The position numbers were made by a program, and so were the translations under genes. A DNA stretch of 64,000 nucleotides from Folioceros fuciformis (taxonomy: Eukaryota): assembly GCA_049999805.1 (NCBI GenBank), contig JBNGIO010006345.1, positions 112,093-176,092 on the forward strand, in the 5' to 3' direction. Of the stretch, positions 11,217 through 20,673 are shown piece after piece. Below the pieces are notes generated by a model. That model was not told the origin of the DNA. It worked only from the letters and a program-made list of their open reading frames with translations, and did no database searches. How positions within the stretch are numbered: the stretch's first letter is position 1; each line of letters starts with the position of its first letter.

Positions 11217-13789
11217 TTAAATCCTCAGGGCAGATGTCTCCCAAACTGCTAGGATCAACAACAATGGAACCAACAACGGCAAGCCAGGGGTACCAGGAGA
11301 TGCCCATGCCCCAAATGATAATGCAATTCGAGACCACCACTGGAGACACACACACACACACAAAACAACAGCAACAAAAGGGTTATGAATGTCCAATGTT
11401 TGCTGCTTCTCACAAATGAAATAAGTAAGTACCCCCTTACCTGCAAGTGTAGGTAGCCGACGAGCAGGCACCCAATGATAAGAAGCACCCTGATTACCCT
11501 TTTGGGGCACCGATCCATCTTTCTAAAGGCCACCACGCTGACCTCCTTCTCAAGTAAAGCGTTTTCTGGAGAAGCCCCTGATACAGAAGGCCTTAAGGTT
11601 GCCTCAGCTTCCGCCCTACCACTTCGAATCTCATCACTCCGCTCTTCGGAGTTTCTTGACATTATCTCACAGGCTGCTCGTTCAGCAGATAGTGCTGCTA
11701 CAAGTACAAATGATGGCAACAACACAGTGTAGAGGAAAGGAAGCACTACGTTCATGTTGTCGGGCACTCCTACATTTGTAACCGCTGAAGCAGTTTCGGA
11801 GGGCCGTAGAGTCCATCCCCACAAGTAAAACCTTCCCGCAGGATAATCCTCTGCAAGGGGAAATCCCCAAAACCATGGGAAAAACGATACCAACAGCCAA
11901 AGGGCGAGCTCTAACCACCATACACCCTTAATCTCCACAACTTCCATCAAAATCCAAAGAGGAAACATGACAATACTTGTCACACAGGAGTCCCTCTTGA
12001 GGTTGGGCACCAGATTCTCATTAACCCCGGCTCTTTTCGTCCAAGCACAAATAATCTTTGGAAGCAAAAGAATGGTGAACATGATCGACAAGTTTAAGTA
12101 AAGAAGAAATATCATGAATCTCTCCCACTCAAAGCCAATAACTAGAAATTCCATCCATGTGTACCGATAACCAGCATCTTCGTTCTTGACAGAAAATGGC
12201 CTGCTCTCAGTTGCCAAAACCGAATTAAATGAGCTGGTAACAGTCACCTCTAGCCAATAGCGGGTAGGTTGAGGATCCACGTACTTTTCTGGTTCCCATG
12301 GTGCTTCAAACAAAGGCCCTCTTGCTCCCAAATTCTCTGAAACCAGATGCATGGATTGCTCATAAACTACCCTGTCTGACCCTCCTGACTTGTCCAAGAT
12401 CTTAGCGGATACTGAGACCTCAGGCTCAGGGGAGAATACAAGAGCTCTGATGGAACGCTGTGGTGCTAAAGATCCAGCCGAAGCTTTGTGTAACATGAAC
12501 CGAGCATCCAAGGGGAATGTTGGGACGATGACTGTAGGCAACCTGAGGTTCTGAGCATCAGAAAAGTTTTTCCCTGCATAGAGTCTGAAATCCGTGAAAG
12601 CAGTCCGACCCTCATCGATGGCAATGATTCGTACAATTCTGCTCATCCTCCAATCACCCATCTCCCATTCCCAAAAGTCAGCTGAGGCGCTTTTCATTTC
12701 TGGCAGAGATAGCTGATGGTGCCTGAATATGTGCTTTCCAAATTTCGCGTGTAAGTGACCACATACAAAAGCCGAGACCCCATGCCTTGCCAATGTCTCC
12801 TCAACACGCTTCCCACTTTGAGTGGCAGCCGTGAATGACATCGGAAAATGTCCGAACACATGCTTCGTTATCCTCCCTGATGTGATATTATCCCATTGAC
12901 CCAATGCCTCGTCCAGCTCTGCCAAGCTCTCATCGTCTGGGTGCCCAAATAAATTCGTTGGTCCCCGGAGTCCAATTTGCATGGCCTGATCCAATCCAAC
13001 AAAAAGATGCCTCCATCCGCTCTTGCCCTTCACAAGCATGAAACAAACGTCAACCACCTCTGCTCTTCTTCAGGCTTCAAAGTCACCACTCTACCAATAT
13101 GTATCCGTGAAACCATATCTGACAGTGTCACAAACGGCATTCACATCTCTCACTACACCAAGCGGACTTCCTGGTCATACCAAAAGCGTGAGGCTGTGCA
13201 CCGATCTGTTCCGTCCAAGAAGTCCACTAAAACTGTAACGGGGAAAGTAGTCCAGTGGGCTGCCAGCACACGGTACTCCATACGTATCATGGTTGCCACG
13301 GATATCCCAAAAGGAATCCACAGGCAGCCCGCTGTCCTTCAGCACGGCCTCCATAGAGCTCTTATATTCAACCCATTCGGCTTCATCCTGCCTTGACGAT
13401 GTGCCTGCCTTATTCTTTGCATCTGACTCCAATACGACGGAACAAAAATCAGCCGGTCTCCCTTCTGCCCAGCCCTAGACTGTGCTGCCGTGTTGCAAAA
13501 CTCAAAGACAGAAGCGGACCAAACAATCAAACCCACCTATCAGATCGCCCGTGATGAGCACCAGCGAAGGCTTAATCATTGCAAGAGCCTGGCCCAGCAG
13601 CATCCTCAGCGCCTGGGCCCTCTCCGGCTTGAAGGCACTGACATGCAGATCCGACACCTGCACCACCCATGCCAGACCTGGAGGTGCATCATTCAGCGGC
13701 ATCGTCTCGCCCATCCTTTTGCCATGGGCATCGCTGACGGACGCGGCGCTGAGCAGGAGGAGTGCAAAGCTCAACGCGGCCAGACCCAT
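11217..13789 (-). CDS. Membrane metallophosphoesterase (calcineurin-like; At3g03305/TMEM62-like), 4 exons
   Basis: Signal peptide MGLAALSFALLLL, then motifs VQVSDLH, LITGDL, DIRGNHD, VFGHFP, CGHLH and WEWEMGDW, with C-terminal TM helices. Introns at about 13423-13535, 13029-13180 and 11340-11440. Confidence 0.92.
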
Positions 13790-14109
13790 TTCTGCACCTG
13801 CTGCACGCTTGGAACTCAATCCAATAGACGATACAAGAAGGCATCTTATAACGCACGCCACTGCAAGTCTACTGCCCTACGACAAAAGAATCCTTTCATT
13901 CCAAGCGCAACTGCAGCAAAATCCGTGCTAACCTATCACATCCCTTCCTAATCAACAGCATTTGTTCCCCAGCCTGTTACAGCAACGGATGTTACCTTGA
14001 AAAGCTCAAAAAAGATACTGAGCAAGTCAAACTTCAAGGCTCCCAACCTGGGCCTGGGAACCAAACCAATTTAACTGCTTTTGGGCTTGGTATCTGATCA
14101 TCTTGGTAT

Positions 14110-14470
14110 GAGCAAGATGGAAAAATCCATCTACCCTTAGAGAGGGAGATGATAAACCATACAAGGAATACTAGGCACCTAAAAACAGTATGGTCTGGGA
14201 CTAAAACAGTATGGTATGGGAGGAGACCCTATGAAGCCTAGCAAGTGAACATCATGATCTAGGAGGAGACCCTGTGAAGCCTAGCACCTAAACATCATGG
14301 TATGGGATGAGACCCTACAAAGCCTAGCACCTAAACATCATGGTCTCGGAAGGAGACCCACGAAGCCTCATCACTACCAATAGCGCCTAAAATATCATGG
14401 TCTAAGAGGAGGAGAAAGGTCTACTACCACTAGGTTTGCTGACACCGCCTCTCTTGCCAATGTTGTCGTA
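14110..14470 (+). repeat. Left arm of a degenerate long inverted repeat (TIR-like) with an internal 43-bp tandem array
   Basis: Two blocks match the reverse complement of 16890-17108: AGCAAGATGG.AA..CATCTACC and GGAGAAAGGTCTACT...GCCTCTCT...TTGTC. About four 43-bp units (ATGGTATGGGAGGAGACCCTATGAAGCCTAGCACCTAAACATC-like) lie at 14211-14370. Confidence 0.7.
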
Positions 14471-15083
14471 CATCTGTCTTGGTATGTATGTATCCAACTT
14501 AACTTAACTACTCCCTTCACAAGTTGCGTGAAGGGGAATCAAGCTTACTAAGTTACAGTCCCACGGACAGGATTACCTCTTGCCTCCACATGCCAAGCAC
14601 GAATACTTTATCAATAATAAATAGTAATATTATTGAAATAGTAACATTATTTATTAGCAGGTTGAAAGTATGTGGTTACAATGAGCTATTAATAATAAAG
14701 CGACCTTTCTTGCTATTTAAACCTTAGACAAGAACCATAAATTGCATGCTTCTCTTATTCTAGATAACATTTTAAGAATAAAAACAAAAGGAAGAATTGC
14801 ATGTTACGTTTTACATCACAAGTAATGACCGGTTATGATGTATTGTTTTATTATTTGAATTATATACTAATTATGATACTTGACTACAATGAAGTATACC
14901 AAAAAAACGTTCATTCTTCTCAAGAAAGATTTGAAGCAAGCTGGTCTATATAAATGGGAGCTCAAAAGAGCGTAGACTTTGAAGGAGCCAAAGCAAGGAA
15001 TTTGAGTTCTTTTCAACTTGTGGGCAGAAGTTGGTGACAAATATCTAAGTTTTTTTTTTTTTTTTTGCCTCTTTCTTCTTAAG

Positions 15084-16583
15084 ATGGGGTTTCCAAAGTT
15101 CACTTGGAGTATTTTGTTGGGAGTATTGTTCTTGTGTTTTTCATGCATTATTATTCATTATACCATTGGTTTTGCGAAGGGTTATTATTCGACAAAGAAC
15201 CTTGGTGATGAGATTTTACCATCGCTAGAGGATATTTTGGGAGGGATTCCTGATTGTACCTTTCCGCTGTTTCATGCAAGTTCATTGAATGAAACATCAC
15301 AACATCCTCTGCGTGATGTACCATCAAGGGTTAAGAGATTGGAAGCATCGAAGAAAATTAATATAAGAAGTCCGGTGGTAACACGCGGGAGATATTGGAA
15401 CGACGAGTATTATGTTAGAGTCAAAATCGGGACGCCAGCACAAGAGACTCTGCTTATTCTAGATACAGGCAGTAGTCTTCTATGGATTAGATGTGAACCA
15501 TGTGAAGGTGAACATTGTAATACACACAATGGTGCTTTCAATCCCACTTTATCAAGCACATATCACCAACTTCAATACAAGAATGGAACACATGCGACCT
15601 TCAATCTTACTTACGGAGATGGAACAACTTCAAGTGGACATCTTGCAAGAGAGATTGTAACTATGAAAAACTTGGCCAATGACGAGAAAAAGATACCAGG
15701 AATTCGTTTTGGATGTGCTTCGAGAGTGGATGATGTGATTTCCGATACCGGTATTTTGGGGTTAGCGAGAGAAGCCAAATTTTCTCTTGCGATGCAACTT
15801 GCAAGGAGAATGAAAGATAAAAGTATGTTGAAGTTTAGGTTAGTATTGAGCAGTGGTAATTAAAATGTTTGTGCATATTTTGATACTTTTAATCTAAATA
15901 TATAATCTCTAACTTACGTTTTATGTTTACAATTGTATGTGTAATCCGTAAGGTACTGCTTTCCAAACAGATTGACGGAGAAGCATGCTACTAGCTATTT
16001 GTCATTTGGAGATATCTCAAATCAGAGTAATGCGAATGGATCTCATATTCATCGCACTCCAATTCTTGCAGCCGATTGGGAGCCTTCTTATTATTATCTC
16101 AATATGCGAGGAATTTCCGTCGGAGGAACACGATTGAACATCGATCCATCAATGTTTGAAGCTACATCTATGATTGGCACTGGCACAGTTATCGATTCAG
16201 GCACAACATTCACAGAGTTAGCTAGCGAAGCAAATGAGCAATTGGCTCATGAGTTCCATGCCCAGGCAAATTTGCCAAGAGTATCTTCTTACTATTATAG
16301 GTTGTGTTACAACATCTCTGATGACGTTTATCATTCAACAAAATTTCCAAGGGTAACTTTTCATTTTCAAAATGCAGTTGCTGATGGAGAGGTTGATATG
16401 CACCTTCATAAAGGAAATCTTTTATTCAAAGACGGATCTCTATATTGCCTTGCATTTTTTGATAGTAGCATAAACACATTGAATATTATTGGGAATATGC
16501 AACAACAAAATTTTTTCTTTGAATATGATTTGCAAAAGAGACAATTAGGGTTTACTCAGTCGTCTTGTTCTTTGTCTAAGTAA
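15084..16583 (+). CDS. Secreted nepenthesin-like aspartic protease (A1 family), 2 exons, AT-rich
   Basis: Signal peptide, then EYYVRVKIGTP, catalytic DTGS, YGDG, FGC and GILGL. Intron 15839-15952 restores KFR|YCFP. Then YYYLNMRGISVGG, the second catalytic DSGTT and IIGNMQQQNF. Confidence 0.93.
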
Positions 16584-16889
16584 GGCTTGTTTCCCAAGTC
16601 ATGGGGTAGATATATGGACTTCCTCATTTCCTTTTTCACATTTATGTTGGTGACATGGTCATAGTGGAAGACACATGGGTCTTAGTCTTTAAGCATGTTG
16701 TGCTCAACCCCTTGGTTGGGCATTAGAGGGGAGCACATCGGCTAACTACGTCCCTAAGCAAGGTGTTTTCTTAATTCGAAAGACATGCAGCGAGGTAGTT
16801 CACATTAGGAAAAATGGACTTGGTCTTCCTCTTTCGTGTATAGTAGCATTCTTTTGGCAAAGGGTTTCCATTTTGCTACAATGAGCATT

Positions 16890-17108
16890 GACTAATACCA
16901 CATACTAGGCAATGACAACGACGAGAGAGGCATTGTCGACAACTTCAAAGACAAGTAGACCTTTTTTCTCCTTCCGCATTGTGATAGCTCAGGTGTCGTT
17001 GGACGTTTTCGAGCTTAGTGGTTTCAAGGGCTATCCTTGTGGCTTGGTCACCCTTGGTGATTTGTCTCACCTCTTTGTAGGTAGATGAGTTTCCCATCTT
17101 GCTTTTCT
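16890..17108 (-). repeat. Right arm of the degenerate long inverted repeat
   Basis: The reverse complement reads AGCAAGATGGGAAACTCATCTACCTACAAAGAGGTGAGACAAATCACC...GGAGAAAAAAGGTCTACTTG...GCCTCTCTCGTCGTTGTC, collinear with 14110-14470. Confidence 0.7.
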
Positions 17109-17621
17109 CAAGTAATTACAATCCAATTTTTCAAAATAGAGACTCTTATTAGACTGGAAACTTAGAGGCATGAAAGCTCTATATTTTCAGCTTAGGTTAG
17201 ATTCAGGACAAGGGTTGGGAGGATCTAATGTTTTAAAAATTTATAAAATATTTTCTTCAAATATATGGCTTTGTTCTGGGACTGAATGTCATGTCTGATA
17301 AGGTTTAGGGTTTAGGGTTATTGAGGGCTCTTTGAAGAATCTTGCAATTCTAAAGGTTATTCTTATTTTACTAATTTCTTTGCTAGTAAATTTAACCTCC
17401 TTTCCATGATACATACAACACATCCTTGTAATGTTCATAAGGTTGCTTTTTGAATAAACATCATAATTTTTTTACAAGCTTAATTAATCCTTAAAGTCTT
17501 AAACAATCGAGCTTTCAGGCCACAAAAGTTCGATAACCATGATCCAAAAGTCTATATGTGTAGCACACCCTTCCTAATGCATGTTACCTGTTCAATCTCT
17601 AGAGATCAAACTTTTGAAAGA

Positions 17622-17984
17622 ATGGCGCGCTTTAGCTTTTTTCTAATTTTTCTTCTTTTTATTACATTTTTCTTCATTGGAGTGAGTGGAATACATCATG
17701 CATGTGCGCTAGCTCCGGCTCCAACTCCAACTCCAACTCCAACTCCAACTCTGGATTATCCTAATCCAGCATTAGAGTCGGCATCAACACCATCTGTGGA
17801 TGGGGAGTGTGATTTGTATCACTGTTGTACTGAAGGCTTGGCGTGCTGCGAGTGGACTTGCGTCGACCTTGAATCAGATAACAAAAACTGCGGATCATGT
17901 GGGTACAAGTGTGGAATAATGGATAAGAATGGGTCATATATTACCCCTCCCATATGCGTAGAAGGGCAGTGCATCATGGATTGA
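17622..17984 (+). CDS. Small secreted STIG1-like Cys-rich protein with a (PT)n linker
   Basis: Signal peptide MARFSFFLIFLLFITFFFIGVSG, then PAPTPTPTPTPT, then CCEWTCVDLESDNKNCGSCGYKC...CVEGQC (STIG1 module). Confidence 0.82.
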   Translation: MARFSFFLIFLLFITFFFIGVSGIHHACALAPAPTPTPTPTPTLDYPNPALESASTPSVDGECDLYHCCTEGLACCEWTCVDLESDNKNCGSCGYKCGIMDKNGSYITPPICVEGQCIMD

Positions 17985-19006
17985 CTAAGGATTTCTTAGA
18001 CATACTTTGTGTGTTCACTGAGTACGTACGATCTTTACTTCAGTCCAGACTATATGTAATCGTGTGAGTATGCATAAGTAATCGTGAGCATTCGTCAGTA
18101 CAATTTGTTCTTGTGCGATGGCTTCGGGATGCAAGCAACTTGTTCTCCCCTCCTGTGGGAGGCATCATACTTAGACACTCACGTCCCACACTGCTGCCCT
18201 CTCCGTTTTCGAGGGTCAAACGTCCCTCTTCCTAGAAAGCTTGAGATCCGCAAGCAGCGCAGAACAAGAGCAGCTGCCCGATGTGGGATTAGGGTTTTAT
18301 CATACACACACAACAGCGTCTTGGATTTGGACTCCTCTGGACCAAACGGAGTTGAAGGCGGTTAGGTCTGCAAGAGACGATTTCTCCGCGAAGATTCGAA
18401 CATTCGAGGCGGAGAGTTCCTAGTGAACGCGGATGCTACCTGAACAGCTTCCATTGCATGCAGGAGAGCCGTGGCAACTGAACGAGATCCCTGGCCAAGA
18501 AGAGACGGCAAACCGCAGCCAGCAGCGGCATGGTGATTCCTCGGAACTTTCTCATACGGACATCACTGTCGACAGAGTCTTGTTTCGGGTAGATTGAATA
18601 CTTCACTCTGTTATTGATAATACTTGGATATCCATATTCAAATTAGAGCCTTTCAAAAACAGCCGGCCCTAGGTATGTACCGAGCGAGACAGCCTGGTAA
18701 GTAGACTCCGTCATAGATGTTCCGTCGTAGATGCAATGAAGTTGGGTGCCACACCATGGATACCATCTTCACGACGAAACATTTCTTGCTTCGTGCATGT
18801 CCTCCGGTTGAACAATACAGTACTCCTCCTGACGCTGAAGAGAAACCAGGAAATACTCCGAGCGCAGGCAGAAAAGCCACACTTGAGGAATCCAATCTGC
18901 TTCTGGTTGTGTGTGCAAGCCAGTCTTGGAGGCCTCCACCAATTGGCAAATTATAACATGCTTGGTATATAGTCGACATTCCACTGCGACTGACGGGAAG
19001 GAGAAC

Positions 19007-20053
19007 CTATCTCTTCTTTGAGAATCCACCTGACATGGAAGGCTCTCGCAAGGTTTCCAGCTCTCTGATAAGGAGGTCTTTCTCTTCCACAAACTGATCA
19101 TCCTCCTTGTCAAGATGAAAGTTCTCCAGAAACCTCAACAACTTTTCCCGGTTCTTCACCAGCAAATCAATGATTTCTTGGGACTTGTTGGGATTAGCGA
19201 CAAACACCTTGAATACGTGGAACGCTGAGGATTGGATGTTCTTGCTAGGGTCCTTGATCAATATCATCATCATCCTCAGGTTGCGCACCTCAGAAATGTA
19301 CTGCATCATAATGGGAGCATTCGGCCGCTCTAACAGGAACTGCCCTAAAAGCTTCAGGGACTGCCTCCGTGTGACATAGTTGGTCGAGCTGAGAAGTCTG
19401 TCGTACAAGTCAAAGAAGTGTCTGTAGTGCGTGTGGAGAAACTCAAAGACAACAGTATCGTGCCTGGTGAGCAGCTCCTTCAAAGTGGTGAATGCATCAG
19501 AAGCAATGTCGAAATTTGGCAGCTCCACGTACTTGAAGAAGAGTTCAAAACTGGCAGACTCCAACATATACTTGGCCAGACCAGGATACCTTGCACACTC
19601 TCTTAGCATGTTCCCACAATTCAGGGCGATGTCCTTGTTCTCGTAGCATGACACAAGAAAGTCGAGCATCTCAGGGTGACCTTGCACGTATTCCAGCCCG
19701 CAGTTCGTGGATCCAACCTTCTGTCTTAACAGAGTGCACCAAATGTGCACCGCGTCCTTCCTTGCCTCCCAGCCAAGAGTCGGCATCTTCTGGACCAAGA
19801 GCTCCAGGAAATCATCCTTGCACACCTCCACAGTGAGCTGCGCAACCTGCTCAGAATTTGGATCCACGTCGCCTTCGCCCACAAGCATATGCTTCATTGC
19901 CAGCAGATTCTTGTCCACCTCCTCCAGAGCCTTGTCCAGGAGGCGGACATCAGACACGGTTTTGGAGTCCAGGGCAAGTAGCGCATCCTTGGTCACCCTC
20001 ACCAAATCCTGTGGCGACTTCAACTTGAATTGCTTAAAGAATGAGAAAGACAT
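19007..20053 (-). CDS. MO25: MO25/CAB39-family scaffold protein (At5g18940-like), intronless CDS
   Basis: MSFSFFK..KSPQDLV, LGWEARKD, IALNCGNMLREC, FDIASDAF.TLKELLTRH, NYVTRRQSLKLLG, AFHVFKVFVANPNK. Confidence 0.95.
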   Translation of the reverse strand: MSFSFFKQFKLKSPQDLVRVTKDALLALDSKTVSDVRLLDKALEEVDKNLLAMKHMLVGEGDVDPNSEQVAQLTVEVCKDDFLELLVQKMPTLGWEARKDAVHIWCTLLRQKVGSTNCGLEYVQGHPEMLDFLVSCYENKDIALNCGNMLRECARYPGLAKYMLESASFELFFKYVELPNFDIASDAFTTLKELLTRHDTVVFEFLHTHYRHFFDLYDRLLSSTNYVTRRQSLKLLGQFLLERPNAPIMMQYISEVRNLRMMMILIKDPSKNIQSSAFHVFKVFVANPNKSQEIIDLLVKNREKLLRFLENFHLDKEDDQFVEEKDLLIRELETLREPSMSGGFSKKR

Positions 20054-20673
20054 GGTCCCCTACAGTTAGCAACCTGACGCAATGGTGCTCCACTGAGCAT
20101 GTAGATCTGGACCAGGCATGATCTATTGCAGGATAGTATGTACCCAAGGCCGCATCATTCTTCATTCCTCAAAGTACACTCCATGACCCATTGTCACTCA
20201 GCTCCAGCTCAGGCCCAACTCGCCAGACCCAAGTCTTCACCCACCCACAACCTTCTCCGGTTTACCCTCTGGAATGCAAGACGATCACGTAACTGACAGT
20301 CTTGACAGAGGCTTCGTCCGTGAATGGCAACCGAAACATTTTGCACCGACAGCTGAGACAAACGTTCCGTGATGAGTTCCTGTCTTGTCCCTGCTGACTG
20401 GTGATTCTTCCCATCAAGGCAACTGCTGGTCTTGAAGGAAGCATCCAGCTTCTCAATTAGGGTTTTGAGGCTCTGGGCATTTCGACTTCGTCCCTTCTTA
20501 TTTTGTCTGGAGGCTTCGTGCCCGATCACCTGGAGGGAGGATTACAGCGTTGATACGTTTCGTTTGGAGACATTCTTTTGCAGCGCCACAAGATGATTGT
20601 GGATCTGTCCATTTCGTGGTTCAGGAGCAGGAGAAAAATGGATGGGGGCTGATACAAGCGCAGGAGATATGAG

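Noticed and set aside
9097-14173. Alternative pairing of the 9.1 kb and 14.1 kb repeat copies as TIRs around the 3D and TMEM62-like genes
   Set aside because: In this pairing the shared terminus would face inward, and the 14.1 kb copy has longer collinear homology with the 17 kb copy. Not formally excluded.
14211-14370. 43-bp periodic array as a CRISPR array
   Set aside because: The units are head-to-tail with no unique spacers, there are no cas genes, and the context is eukaryotic.
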